The notes beneath the pieces were generated by a model. The model saw only the letters and a program-made list of their open reading frames with translations, was not told where the DNA came from and searched no databases. A stretch of 56,932 bases of DNA from a virus. Its lineage: Duplodnaviria; Caudoviricetes. The translations under genes and the position numbers were made by a program. Each line of letters starts with the position of its first letter. Position 1 is the stretch's first letter. Below, piece after piece: positions 19,642 through 30,775 of the stretch. The stretch spans positions 1 through 56,932 of IMG/VR virus record IMGVR_UViG_3300040781_000267. The stretch is one strand, 5' to 3'.

Positions 19642-19841
19642 TCTTGTGCATTGCGCCTGGACTCCCCTGCCCCAAGCTACCCCATCCTAGCTTAACTCCA
19701 CCGCGGTTACTTATTTAAGATAACAGTAAACAGTGCCGCCGACGCATTAGCCAGTGCATTACTCTGATCATTTACGAGTAAGAAGCCAGGCGACTGCCGC
19801 TAGGTTCGCATTCCGACGCTGTTACGCCACAATGCACAAGA
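19642..19841 (-). ncRNA. Candidate 200-nt structured ncRNA
   Basis: Perfect 12-bp terminal stem TCTTGTGCATTG/CAATGCACAAGA; inner CGCCTGG/CCAGGCG, TTACTC/GAGTAA and AAGCTA/TAGCTT helices; no ORF. Strand inferred from context. Confidence 0.6.
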
Positions 19842-19848
19842 TTAACTT

Positions 19849-20724
19849 TTAACCCTGGGTATTAGGGTTGTTGAAATTGTCGTTGCCATAGAACGACACG
19901 CCTTCTTCGCCCTTGGCACCATCATCTCCTACCGGAGAGTAGCTGTCGTCGACGATGTTGTCAAACGCTTCCTCGTATTGCGGCTTGCCATGGACACCGA
20001 CTACAGTGTATTCGCAGCACCGGCCCTTTTGCTGGTTGTAATCAACCGGAATACTTACGACATCCTTCGGATTGATCTTAAGGATAACGATAGGATTGAC
20101 ACCGCCAAAGCTCGGCATGTACGAAAGAGAAGCGAAGTGCAAACCCTCAGAACAAGTCTGCTTGGCATCGTCATTAACCAGATTGCGCTGCATTGTTACA
20201 ACATCGCCGACGTTGTTGCGGAAAGTTCCGGAGTGGATGTCAACAAAATCGCCCGCTTTGATATTGCGCTCAGGATTGTCGCTCTGGGCAAACTTCACTT
20301 TCTTGTATGCCAGAAAACAACCGTCTGATGTCAGTGGCAGCAAGTTCTTCTCCAGAAAACCGTACAGTTCTTCTACTGCGCGGTAGCTCGGGTTCTGCAA
20401 AAGGTTATTCATAAACGCAATCATTGCATCAACCGGAAAGCCTTGCTCGTACATCTTGATAATACGATCGCCCAGGGCATTGTGAAATTCACGACCATTC
20501 CAAAACAACACACCGTCTTTAATAGACAGCTGACCGTTGGAGTAGTTCAGCAACGACTTGCTCACGTCGACGAGATCTTCGACCGTAGCCCAATCTCCGG
20601 CGCGCATGGCATCGAGGATCTTGGCGTAGTTCATGTGCGACGTTTTATTAATGGTGTGACTTTCGTTGTTCACAACCATAATAATGTTGTCGCCCTGGAT
20701 AATATATGGGATTGGGTTAGTCAT
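19849..20724 (-). CDS. rIIB: RIIB-like protein
   Basis: NPSYRAVEELYGFL, DGCFLAYKKV, CSEGLH, KINPKDVVSIPVDY and KGRCCEY; coupled to rIIA. Confidence 0.85.
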   Translation of the reverse strand: MTNPIPYIIQGDNIIMVVNNESHTINKTSHMNYAKILDAMRAGDWATVEDLVDVSKSLLNYSNGQLSIKDGVLFWNGREFHNALGDRIIKMYEQGFPVDAMIAFMNNLLQNPSYRAVEELYGFLEKNLLPLTSDGCFLAYKKVKFAQSDNPERNIKAGDFVDIHSGTFRNNVGDVVTMQRNLVNDDAKQTCSEGLHFASLSYMPSFGGVNPIVILKINPKDVVSIPVDYNQQKGRCCEYTVVGVHGKPQYEEAFDNIVDDSYSPVGDDGAKGEEGVSFYGNDNFNNPNTQG

Positions 20725-22910
20725 TACTTTGTGCTCCGTGTGTTGTCAATGAGTTGTACATATTCGATAATCGCTTTAGCCGCTTGCTTAGAATCATACC
20801 TTCCTGAAAAATAGTTTAACATCGGGTAGGTACTAATTAAATCGCTATATTCTTTCTTCAGTTCTTTTTCCTGCTTATTAAAATCAATGGATTGTCCGTA
20901 TTTCGATAACAAACGCTTTGCAGCCGAAATAACATCGCCGTCGTCTTTCAGCGAAATCGCCGCCGCATACTTCTCCATTGTGGTTCTAAACAAAGAACTC
21001 TTACCGAGCCCTTCTGCATATTTACAAGTATAACTGTTTACGACGTCTGTGTCAACCAGATTGCGAATAATATATTGCTCTACCTTTTTGATATCAAAAG
21101 ATTTCACTGCTGATTCGAGCACATCGTAAACACACACCCAGTTCTTTTCGGCCTTCACTGTTTCGATGTAGCTCTTCCTAACACCGTAAATTCTGTTAGC
21201 CGGTTGCAGATTTGCCCGGACCATATCTCTCCATGTGACCTCCAGGAAGTCGGAGTTCTCGGTACCATCGGCGTTCAGTACTGTATAGTTGCTAACAGGA
21301 ACATAATAATATGTTTCTTTCGGATCAAACTCGATTTTCGGAGAAACCTTAGACCACCCAACATGGGGGTCGTAGCTGCGGCCGCGATACTGCCTGGCTT
21401 CCGATTCAAGTAGACTAGTCTTTACGGATTTCAGTCGATCAGTCTCCTGGAGATCTGAAGCGTTCATGCGCTCCCCAGGAGGATTCATTAGTTCGTCGAA
21501 AAACGCATTATAAATCTTGTCCCGGTTTTCGTATTCTTCTTTCTCGACATCCAACAGTATCACGTCAATACTTCCGCGGGTGGTTGCGGCACCGTTCTTG
21601 AAGTGTGACTTCAGTCGAGACAGAACCCCTTTTTTCGTATCGTTTATGATCCAAAGAGTATTCTTACCAAAGGGTACTTCGTAAAAATGCTCATGTATAG
21701 AATTGGTTTGGTTGTACCGAGTAGACGTTTTCTGCTCCTTGGTAACAGTACCACTCCAGTTGCTCTCGACTACAAACCTGCGGAATTTTAGCTTCCGTTC
21801 GTTAAAATACTCCGGCTTAAATTCCAGCTTACTATTGTCGACACGCACCGAATTACCACTGTCGAGTTTTAGAAGTTTTGATCGGCCCGCACCCACTAGT
21901 TTTATTGCACCAGACTTAAACAGATTTTCGCGATACAGTTCTCTTAGGCGGAAAGCCAATTCCCACTCACACTCGATATCCTTCACTTGCTCTTCGACAT
22001 ATTTTGCAACGTCGGCAGCAACTATAGTAAGTCGCTTGAGAATATTTTCGTTAGTCCACGACACGTAGGACAATTCTTCCCGACTTGCAGCAATATCAAG
22101 TTCGCCTATCTCAAATTCAACAATCAACGGGCAGTCGAGTAACGCCCGAACTTCTGCGGGCCAGTCGGTTGCATCGACGCCGCTTAATGGATATGCAATA
22201 TTGCCCTGAATTGCGACTGGCCGGCCGTTGCTGGCCGATAGGTGTACACCTTCGGAAATATTTTTCTCAGCATACGAGACGGTGGGAATTTCGAAATTGG
22301 CAACACCGGTGATCTTAGGAACAGACTTAAACCACTTGAACACATTGCCAGCTTCTCGTACAAATGCATGAAAGTCACCCTGGTTGACTGAAAACTTAAC
22401 CTCAACCCCGTTTCCTTCAGCGGTTTCGCTCTCTCCCATCTGTGCAATAGCCGGACAACCGGTTTCGCCCTCGATGTAAGCAGTGTAGATGCGCTGTACA
22501 CCATCCTTGATTGCGGTTACAGTAAAGTTGTCAGTGTAGCTGAAGGGAGACTTGGAACCCAAGCCCAGTGCGCCAATGTAATCGTTGGAGTCTTGCTTAG
22601 TGGATTCGAAGTAAGTGGTGTACAGTTGTGTTACACCGTCGTGATCCAGGCCAATTCCATAATCTCGCACAGAGAAAAACGGTTCTAGTGAATTTGGCAG
22701 GTGTACATGAAAGGGCTCGTCTTCTTTGCCGGCTTCCTTGTGGGAGTCAACAGCATTACAAGACAGTTCTCGAACAATTGCTTTAATCTTGTTCGAATAC
22801 AAACCGCTAGACAGAATGGAAAATGCCTTAGCGGAGTTTTTAATTTTAAACGTGCCAGTGGTGCCGACGTTTGACAGTGTTGCCTGTGGTGCGTCTACTG
22901 CAAGTTTCAT
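20724..22910 (-). CDS. rIIA: RIIA-like protein (GHKL ATPase N-terminus)
   Basis: LSSGLYSNKIKAIVRELSCNAVDSH, VRDYGIGL and GALGLGSKSPF. Confidence 0.9.
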   Translation of the reverse strand: MKLAVDAPQATLSNVGTTGTFKIKNSAKAFSILSSGLYSNKIKAIVRELSCNAVDSHKEAGKEDEPFHVHLPNSLEPFFSVRDYGIGLDHDGVTQLYTTYFESTKQDSNDYIGALGLGSKSPFSYTDNFTVTAIKDGVQRIYTAYIEGETGCPAIAQMGESETAEGNGVEVKFSVNQGDFHAFVREAGNVFKWFKSVPKITGVANFEIPTVSYAEKNISEGVHLSASNGRPVAIQGNIAYPLSGVDATDWPAEVRALLDCPLIVEFEIGELDIAASREELSYVSWTNENILKRLTIVAADVAKYVEEQVKDIECEWELAFRLRELYRENLFKSGAIKLVGAGRSKLLKLDSGNSVRVDNSKLEFKPEYFNERKLKFRRFVVESNWSGTVTKEQKTSTRYNQTNSIHEHFYEVPFGKNTLWIINDTKKGVLSRLKSHFKNGAATTRGSIDVILLDVEKEEYENRDKIYNAFFDELMNPPGERMNASDLQETDRLKSVKTSLLESEARQYRGRSYDPHVGWSKVSPKIEFDPKETYYYVPVSNYTVLNADGTENSDFLEVTWRDMVRANLQPANRIYGVRKSYIETVKAEKNWVCVYDVLESAVKSFDIKKVEQYIIRNLVDTDVVNSYTCKYAEGLGKSSLFRTTMEKYAAAISLKDDGDVISAAKRLLSKYGQSIDFNKQEKELKKEYSDLISTYPMLNYFSGRYDSKQAAKAIIEYVQLIDNTRSTK

Positions 22911-22941
22911 TTCCTAGCCCTAAGTTGTTAGTACAGTGCGT

Positions 22942-22970
22942 ATTATATGTTATCATCCACCGTATGTCAA
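22942..22970 (-). promoter_or_regulatory. Consensus sigma70 promoter for rIIA
   Basis: TTGACA-17 nt-TATAAT. Confidence 0.85.
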
Positions 22971-23507
22971 CCGTCTTTTGCAGGTGTCTGTAATTAAAAT
23001 TAGCGCATTATCTTCGCTTTCGGAACTCGTTAATTTGTACTTGTCAATTAGGTATTCCCACATATAAATGTACTCGCACCAAAACGTGAAATCTACTGGT
23101 AGCCATTTGTCGGGTCCGCGGGCGCCTTTTGATCTGTTTTCCGATGCAGACACTGCAAGTAGATTTTCGAAGTCGTTAGCAAATGCTACACGTTCTTCTC
23201 TTGTCCACTTATCTGCGCCATGTGTCCATGCATAATAAAGTGGTATGATATGATCTATATCAATTTCAGACGAATCATACACAATTTGATTAGAATACGG
23301 CAACACCCAGATACCAGAATATACCTTATTGCAATTATACACCATTAGGCCAAGTCCGGCATCTCGTATAAGTATCTCTGTTCTGGTGTTCTGGCAGTCC
23401 CTGTCAGCGTCAATCCAGCTACCGAACTGACTCCGGCTGTACTCCTCCGCTATCGCAGTCATCGGTACAAGCATAATAATCAGCAAGCTGACAAACAAAC
23501 GTATCAT
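22953..23507 (-). CDS. Secreted HNH-type nuclease (DUF1524-like)
   Basis: Signal peptide; YSRSQFGSW, DIDHIIPL and FAND.ENLLAVSASENRSKG. Confidence 0.8.
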   Translation of the reverse strand: MIRLFVSLLIIMLVPMTAIAEEYSRSQFGSWIDADRDCQNTRTEILIRDAGLGLMVYNCNKVYSGIWVLPYSNQIVYDSSEIDIDHIIPLYYAWTHGADKWTREERVAFANDFENLLAVSASENRSKGARGPDKWLPVDFTFWCEYIYMWEYLIDKYKLTSSESEDNALILITDTCKRRLTYGG

Positions 23508-23760
23508 AATTTCTAATCTCCTGTCTAGTTAATCTATCTCGTCCACTGTTCCAGTGACAATACCGCGGACTACAACACATCTGGCAGCCGGGTCTTCCAC
23601 AATCAAACGGGGAATGTCTGCGCCAGCGTCCTAATACTTTGGGCTCCGGGGCATAACGGGATAGACCGTCGTATGATCTATTATAGTATTTATGCAGATT
23701 AATATTGCGGGTTTGGTATCGTAAGGTCAGTGACCTTCTTTCTTGGCGGGTTCTCTTCAT
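23419..23760 (-). CDS. Arg-rich Cys-cluster hypothetical protein
   Basis: ATG 23760 after GGAG; DCGRPGCQMCC..PR motif. Confidence 0.6.
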   Translation of the reverse strand: MKRTRQERRSLTLRYQTRNINLHKYYNRSYDGLSRYAPEPKVLGRWRRHSPFDCGRPGCQMCCSPRYCHWNSGRDRLTRQEIRNYDTFVCQLADYYACTDDCDSGGVQPESVR

Positions 23761-23894
23761 TATACACTTCTCCGAGTTGGAGTGCCGTCGCAAACGGCAC
23801 GTTTATTTTCTCGAAGAGAATGTATAGAATATAGTTCATAAGGTACATTATAGCAATTATTTATCAACTGTGCAAGTAATATAAACGTTTAAAG

Positions 23895-23903
23895 GATAAA
23901 TAC
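23895..23903 (+). promoter_or_regulatory. Late-promoter-like motif GATAAATAC
   Basis: Appears on the plus strand before the only plus-strand gene, which supports the motif being functional. Confidence 0.75.
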
Positions 23904-23973
23904 AACTGCAAGAAAATCTTGCCTAGTAAGCCTACAATTCGGTGGGTGAGCACTAGCCTATTAGGAGAAGACT

Positions 23974-24612
23974 ATGGGACGTCCAATTAAGAAAAAATGG
24001 TTCAGCGCACGAGATGGTTCAGTTGAAGGTGATCTTCAGGTAACTACTGCTGCTGGAGCAGAAGTAATAGAGAAACAAACAGGAACAGGTGTTTACACAG
24101 TAGCATCCGGTTCTGTACAACTACAGGATGGCGGGGCACTAGATCCAGCTGCTCCGGGTGTTCGTGGAGGCGCAACGTTACAGTTTGATAACGGCGTTGA
24201 TGGTCCACAGTATGTAAGAAAATTAAACCAGTTTAGAGTTTACTACTTTGATTCAGCTATAAACGGCGGATCAGACGAGTGGAACGATGGCAGTGGAAAT
24301 CTTACAGGTACATTTACTCCACCACTATCCGGTGAAACTCCTGTTGTTCCAGTTACAGCAACTGGTACAGCTACAATGACTGCTGGTGGCGGTGTTGACG
24401 AAAGCACAGTAACAAGCGTTACTATTACAGACGGCGGAGCAGGTTACACTGTTGCACCTACTGTAACATTTAGTGCTGGCGACGGTACAGTTCCTGCAAC
24501 TGCAACCGGTACTGCTGTTCTAACAGGTGATGCTGTAACAAGCGTTACTATTACAGACGGCGGTCAGTACGCTGACGCTACAACTGCAACTGTAACATTC
24601 TCTGCACCGTAA
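23974..24612 (+). CDS. Putative virion structural protein
   Basis: AGGAG RBS; MGRPIKK start; two VTSVTITDGG.GY repeats shared with the fibre genes. Confidence 0.75.
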   Translation: MGRPIKKKWFSARDGSVEGDLQVTTAAGAEVIEKQTGTGVYTVASGSVQLQDGGALDPAAPGVRGGATLQFDNGVDGPQYVRKLNQFRVYYFDSAINGGSDEWNDGSGNLTGTFTPPLSGETPVVPVTATGTATMTAGGGVDESTVTSVTITDGGAGYTVAPTVTFSAGDGTVPATATGTAVLTGDAVTSVTITDGGQYADATTATVTFSAP

Positions 24613-24630
24613 TAGAGATATTACAACCAC

Positions 24631-24657
24631 AAAAAAGGAGCGCAAGCTCCTTTTTTT
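24631..24657. terminator. Bidirectional intrinsic terminator
   Basis: AAAAAAGGAGC-GCAA-GCTCCTTTTTTT between convergent genes. Confidence 0.9.
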
Positions 24658-24668
24658 ACCTCTCCAAT

Positions 24669-25280
24669 TTAGAACTCCCTAAACATTCCTGTGCCGATCA
24701 TGTTGTATCGTGTCGCCCATCTGCTGTCTGATGCTCGGCGCCAGTATATACCAAATTTCGTATCGACTAGCTTGTACGTTAACCCAATCTCCATTTCGTT
24801 TCCATCGAAGTTATTATGCTCGTCGAGTGCAAACTTACTCGATATATAAGGTGATGTATTACCATATAATTTCGAATACTTAATTCTGCCCTGGTATCTA
24901 AATCCGTTGGGTTGATCTGCAGAAAAATATTGCCACTCGAAATAATTCTTATACGTGACTCTTGTGTTATAATTTATTCGCCACACCGGTTCTATTGTTA
25001 AATATGGTCGAACTTCTAACACCGAATCTTTATCCCAGTCTTTTGGAATATTAGAATACGCAATACGAAGGTTTGCTTCGTATTGTATTCCAAATTTACT
25101 CGTGAAAAATCTATAACCGGTGTCTACGTGGTTGTAGTTTATTTTTGGGGCAGTAGTGTACTGTGCTCGCCAATTGTCAGATGATATGTTTTCGTCTTGA
25201 CGGTATATCCAGCCGCCGACCTCGCCGGCGAACGACGAGACAGAAAATATAAGGCCTATTACTAATAATAGCCTTCGCAT
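24669..25280 (-). CDS. Putative outer-membrane beta-barrel protein
   Basis: Signal peptide (SSFA), alternating aromatic beta-strands, C-terminal Phe. Confidence 0.55.
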   Translation of the reverse strand: MRRLLLVIGLIFSVSSFAGEVGGWIYRQDENISSDNWRAQYTTAPKINYNHVDTGYRFFTSKFGIQYEANLRIAYSNIPKDWDKDSVLEVRPYLTIEPVWRINYNTRVTYKNYFEWQYFSADQPNGFRYQGRIKYSKLYGNTSPYISSKFALDEHNNFDGNEMEIGLTYKLVDTKFGIYWRRASDSRWATRYNMIGTGMFREF

Positions 25281-25358
25281 CCCTCCTCTCCCATGTGCAA
25301 CCTAACAATGCACCGTAATTATTTACCGGAAAAGAGGGGGCGTTCTAGTGTGGGTTTA

Positions 25359-25754
25359 CTACAGTAGAGAAAGACGGCCGGTAATTTCGTCGACTTCGTA
25401 GTCCTCGCATGGGCCAATTGCTAAAGTCGTATAGGTCGGAACACCGTCGAATTCAGTCAGGCCGGCATCGCGACACAAGAAATGCAGGAGGCCTGCTTCT
25501 TTTGCTTTTGCGGCAAGTTCGAGGAGTTGTTCTTCGGAGTCACACCCAACACAAATTTTAGTAAAGCGTTCCTCGAACCAAGACTTTAATTCTTCTTCCA
25601 TTGGAATAACTTTATAATCGTTGCCGCCTAAATCCTGATCAGTAAACGATCGGGAGAATACTGCACCGAGCGAAGCGTGGGCTGCTTGAGCACACATCTT
25701 GCCTTTACGCATATTTAGATCTTTTCTAACTACAATAACTTGTTTGGTTTTCAT
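25359..25754 (-). CDS. pth2: Peptidyl-tRNA hydrolase type 2
   Basis: KQVIVVRKDLNMRKGKMCAQAAHAS, DAGLTEF, TTLAIGP and VDEITGRLSLL. Confidence 0.95.
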   Translation of the reverse strand: MKTKQVIVVRKDLNMRKGKMCAQAAHASLGAVFSRSFTDQDLGGNDYKVIPMEEELKSWFEERFTKICVGCDSEEQLLELAAKAKEAGLLHFLCRDAGLTEFDGVPTYTTLAIGPCEDYEVDEITGRLSLL

Positions 25755-25810
25755 GGACTCTCCTTTTAATGTATATTAACACATTTATCAAAAGAGTCAA
25801 TGTAAATAGT

Positions 25811-26239
25811 TTACACCGTAGTATTGCCTGTGATTCCGCTGATGGTATCTTTGTCAACTACATTAGTAATTGTTGTGCTGGTCCAAGTAGGGCTAGCTGT
25901 GGCGCCGCCGATTTTGCCGTAAAAGTCTCTTTTGAACGGATCATTAACCCATGGCTGCGTTGTGAACGGTGGGTTGTTTCCTAATCCTAAATCTCTCACT
26001 GCCCGTTCTAGTGAAGATTCGTTAGCTCCCGCAAGTCTGTGAAAAGTGTCGACATATATCTTATCTAATTCTTTCAACTTGAACACACTTGCATCTTCGT
26101 CGCTGTCAAACTTCACCGACAGCATTTTACTCTCGTCGTCGTTGTAAATTTTATATTCGCCGTGGATGTGTCCGTGAAAGAATGCTTTCAGTGTTGTACG
26201 GTCGGTGTTGTTAGGGATTATGGTGTCTATGATAAACAT
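25811..26239 (-). CDS. Hypothetical protein
   Basis: Contains FDSDEDASVFKLK. Confidence 0.6.
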   Translation of the reverse strand: MFIIDTIIPNNTDRTTLKAFFHGHIHGEYKIYNDDESKMLSVKFDSDEDASVFKLKELDKIYVDTFHRLAGANESSLERAVRDLGLGNNPPFTTQPWVNDPFKRDFYGKIGGATASPTWTSTTITNVVDKDTISGITGNTTV

Positions 26240-26242
26240 CTT

Positions 26243-26539
26243 CTACTTCCTTTTATAATAATCGTCGGTCTCTACGCCGTACTTTTGTTCTAGCGCCCTC
26301 TCAAAATCTGCATCGGGCTCGAATAAGAATGGTTTGTGATTATGATAATATGTTTCCATATCTTTTAGCTTGTACAGTCCCGCTTCTTCTTCGCTATAAA
26401 AAACAAGATACAGAAAAATCATTTCAGCAGGACGGCTTTTCAACTCAAACGACACAAGATTCTGTGTTCGTAGAAAATACTCAAAGTCTCTAGCTTCGAA
26501 TTCCTCGACACCGGTTTTTACAATTCGATATGGCACCAT
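26243..26539 (-). CDS. Hypothetical protein
   Basis: Contains FYSEEEAGLYKLK; TTGACA-17-TATGCT just upstream. Confidence 0.6.
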   Translation of the reverse strand: MVPYRIVKTGVEEFEARDFEYFLRTQNLVSFELKSRPAEMIFLYLVFYSEEEAGLYKLKDMETYYHNHKPFLFEPDADFERALEQKYGVETDDYYKRK

Positions 26540-26570
26540 GAACTAAGCATAACACAAAGTTAAGATAGTG

Positions 26571-26810
26571 TCAATCGTTTTCCATCTTGTTCAACCGAGT
26601 GTAATAATCGGGAAGTTCGGATAGGTGGTCTAGTGCAATCTCTCTTGCTAATGCTGAATCTTTTGTATGCTCGTGTTCGACTTTTATGCCTAGTGCGAGT
26701 TGATTCAGAATCGAGTCAAGGTCTACTCCGTGCTTCTTTGCAACTTGCTCAGGAGACGGAGTAGGAACACCTAGTAGATCTTTTTCTGTTAACAGTTCCT
26801 TTATCTTCAT
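26571..26810 (-). CDS. DUF5661-like small protein
   Basis: GIKVEHEHT...AREIALDHL.E.PDYYTRL; GATAAATAC at 26815-26823. Confidence 0.75.
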   Translation of the reverse strand: MKIKELLTEKDLLGVPTPSPEQVAKKHGVDLDSILNQLALGIKVEHEHTKDSALAREIALDHLSELPDYYTRLNKMEND

Positions 26811-26818
26811 AAAGGTAT

Positions 26819-27391
26819 TTATCTATTTATTTGAATACCGTTATCAACACCTGATTCAAATACATCCTGGGCGTGACCGCTGGAGATGATATCGTAGTCA
26901 TCGAGGTTGATTTTCGGATATCCTGCAACAGTAAGCCAAAAGCCTTTCCATAGATATCCTAGGTTAGTTTCGTATCCTCGTTTCAGGTCGACTAGCTTGG
27001 TTTGTGCGCTTTCGAACTTATTACGACCGACAATCATTTCGGTTTGTATAGTTTTATAAATTCCTGAATCAAGGTTGGGATTTTGCTCTTTTATCCACTG
27101 CATCATTGCGTCCGATCCATCTTCTCCGTAACGAGCAGTAATAGACTTAGTGTACACGTCTAGTACATCGTCTTTGTACATTGCAGGAATCTGTGCAAGT
27201 TCCATAATCTTTTGGGAATAAGTTGCTAGGATGTTTTCATTATTCTCCCATGCTGCGGTAATTTCCTTCTCAGCACGATTGCCATAGTTGTAATTAACAA
27301 CAAAGGATACCGAACACACACCAACAATAACTGCAATAATGCAGAGTATTACAATTAGTGCTATTGTCGAACTTCCGTTTTGCTTCTTCAT
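26819..27391 (-). CDS. LemA-like membrane-anchored protein
   Basis: N-terminal TM helix, helical body, QWIKEQNP. Confidence 0.6.
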   Translation of the reverse strand: MKKQNGSSTIALIVILCIIAVIVGVCSVSFVVNYNYGNRAEKEITAAWENNENILATYSQKIMELAQIPAMYKDDVLDVYTKSITARYGEDGSDAMMQWIKEQNPNLDSGIYKTIQTEMIVGRNKFESAQTKLVDLKRGYETNLGYLWKGFWLTVAGYPKINLDDYDIISSGHAQDVFESGVDNGIQINR

Positions 27392-27465
27392 TTGCGATTC
27401 CTCGTAGTTGTGTTGTGTTGTGATATGAGTGTGTATTATAACTGTTCAGCTACTAATGTCAACTA

Positions 27466-28620
27466 TTATCTTCGGAAGCGTCTTCTAAACGAAGTCGGAC
27501 GACGATAACCGTACCTGTGATCACCAAACGGATCCTGCAAATGAAAGTACAAAGTCAATCCGATACTGATAAGTATCGATAATCCTATCGCGAGTCCGAT
27601 TACCCAGGTCGGGGGTTCTATCTCGTCTTCGAGATATTTAAAATCTTCCATAGATTTTCTATCAAAATGCCCCTCGACAGTGCCTGCTATTGTATCGATC
27701 ACTTCTACATAATCATCGACAGTTTCAAGCGCCATGATGTTGTCTCGCATCATTACTGTCATAAGTTCGTTGCCGCTATTAGATCCCAGTGTAATTGTAT
27801 CTACCCAAGAAATAGCCGGATAGTCCGGTACTCCCATAATCACAATCACATCATTCTTCTTGCCTCCTAGCCAGGCGCGCTCTAAGGAATAACGGTAGCT
27901 TTGATCTGGAGTATTCACCAGAATCAGGATAATATTAGCCTGTTTCGCAGGTCCTATAGCTCGTAGTCTATCCCGCAGGTGCAGGTCCCATTTATCTACG
28001 CTTTTTACAGGAACACCCATTGCCAACACCCTATTTATTTTGTAGAAACTGTGTATCTTAGGGTAGGGCGGGATAAGCGGAGCAAACTCTGCATCGGCAG
28101 CAATGTCTGCATCATTAAACAAACTTTCAGGAACAGCCTTGATATAATTTTTATAGGGGCGGGTTGCTGCACAACCTTCGCCGACGTAGGCTTCGGTATA
28201 TGCTGCTGGGTCTAGTGTGTCGTAAACTGATCGACTCGTACGATCTAGGCTCTTAATGCCGATATTACCAATTGTGGATTTTACAAACCAGTCAACAGTA
28301 TAGTGGTTTTCGTAACATGTTTGGCATGTTTCCGAACACGTTCTGCTATTTCCCGAGCCAGTGCAAGTAGTAACACAATTGCATCTATAAGATCTAATGT
28401 ACGATCCGTGTTCACGGACCTTCTCGGTAATCTTTCCGTTCCACACTTCGAAATCAGCAGTCTGATTGTACATGCCAGCGCCGTATACAACACCAACAAC
28501 CACAATAGATGCAAGAATCTGCAATCCCATTTCTTTCCAAGTGATCGTCGTCTTAAAGATTAGTCGTGCTATAAGAGCCCAGATAACCGGAATGAGCAAT
28601 AATAAAAAGAAATTTTCCAT
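27466..28620 (-). CDS. Membrane protein with Cys-rich insert and TPM-like domain
   Basis: Two N-terminal TMs, CxC..C...C..C..C insert, WLGGKKNDVIV, C-terminal TM. Confidence 0.65.
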   Translation of the reverse strand: MENFFLLLLIPVIWALIARLIFKTTITWKEMGLQILASIVVVGVVYGAGMYNQTADFEVWNGKITEKVREHGSYIRSYRCNCVTTCTGSGNSRTCSETCQTCYENHYTVDWFVKSTIGNIGIKSLDRTSRSVYDTLDPAAYTEAYVGEGCAATRPYKNYIKAVPESLFNDADIAADAEFAPLIPPYPKIHSFYKINRVLAMGVPVKSVDKWDLHLRDRLRAIGPAKQANIILILVNTPDQSYRYSLERAWLGGKKNDVIVIMGVPDYPAISWVDTITLGSNSGNELMTVMMRDNIMALETVDDYVEVIDTIAGTVEGHFDRKSMEDFKYLEDEIEPPTWVIGLAIGLSILISIGLTLYFHLQDPFGDHRYGYRRPTSFRRRFRR

Positions 28621-28675
28621 AACTGTGCCTTGTTGTTTACAGAAGTTCTATACTAACACAGGCATTCGCACAATG

Positions 28676-29425
28676 TCAATCGAGTAAGACCGGTGTATAG
28701 GGATCGGGCTCGTACACATTTGTGGCCTGGGCCTCGCTATACAATTCTTCGTATTCATCTTCATCTTCTGCGAAGTCTTTTATACTATTTTCCCATACGT
28801 GTAACTCTTCATCTGTTAACTCTATGCCGTCCGAGATAAGGTTATCTCGGAACTGTCGGTAACCTGCAGATGTTTCCTGATAATTAATTATTGTGTACCC
28901 CGAATCGACGATATAGTCTACAATAGTTGGCCTGCGGCCTTCCTGAAGCGCGTCTGTAATCTCGTCGAATATCCGATCACATGTTAGGCTGGAATCGAGG
29001 TCTACAAAAACATAACCATTTTCCTTCCACTTTGCAATCTGCGTAATGTAACCTTTATCAAACAGCCTCCTGAACCGAACGCAATCGAGATAATTTTCTT
29101 GCTCCACAATCGAACTACCCGTCGAAACAGAATCGCTTAGGTGTAGTGCTAGTCTAGTTGAACTAAAAGACATCAACGAGGTATATCCTTGAACGGAGTG
29201 TATTTTCTTTGTGAGATGATCCCCGAACACTAGTCCGTAACAATTCGGTATGATCAGTTTCATGCTGGGGTCGCACTGATCGACAAAAAAGTCTGCCACA
29301 TGAAAAATGTCTTCTTCGATAAATCGGTCGTTATCAAAAAAGGCACTTATAGACGACGTATAAGATTCTACACCCCTAGATTTTCCGTCCGACGATCTTA
29401 AACCTAATTGTACTGTGCCGCCCAT
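28676..29425 (-). CDS. Hypothetical protein
   Basis: 249-aa ORF with AGGAG RBS. Confidence 0.7.
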   Translation of the reverse strand: MGGTVQLGLRSSDGKSRGVESYTSSISAFFDNDRFIEEDIFHVADFFVDQCDPSMKLIIPNCYGLVFGDHLTKKIHSVQGYTSLMSFSSTRLALHLSDSVSTGSSIVEQENYLDCVRFRRLFDKGYITQIAKWKENGYVFVDLDSSLTCDRIFDEITDALQEGRRPTIVDYIVDSGYTIINYQETSAGYRQFRDNLISDGIELTDEELHVWENSIKDFAEDEDEYEELYSEAQATNVYEPDPYTPVLLD

Positions 29426-29452
29426 AATGCTCTCCTGAGTATGTAGTCACCA

Positions 29453-29476
29453 AGAAAGGAGCCGAAGCTCCTTTCT
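29453..29476 (-). terminator. Intrinsic terminator
   Basis: AGAAAGGAGC-TTCG-GCTCCTTTCT after the autotransporter gene. Confidence 0.8.
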
Positions 29477-29497
29477 GTTAGTACCGGTTAGCTACTA

Positions 29498-30631
<1,134 letters not shown>

Positions 30632-30775
30632 TACCTCTATATCTATAGATATTCAGCACACACCACCATTGGTATGTACAGTCTGGATAGTTTAACATTG
30701 AAAATTCATATTTGCCAAAGTGTTTCCATCTAAAGTGTGCGGCAGTTCACACAAATATATTAGATACGGTATTTT

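Noticed and set aside
19642-19841. RNase P RNA
   Set aside because: Only a P4-like bulged helix matches; the strand order is reversed and the GAGGAAAGUCC and ACAGAA contexts are absent.
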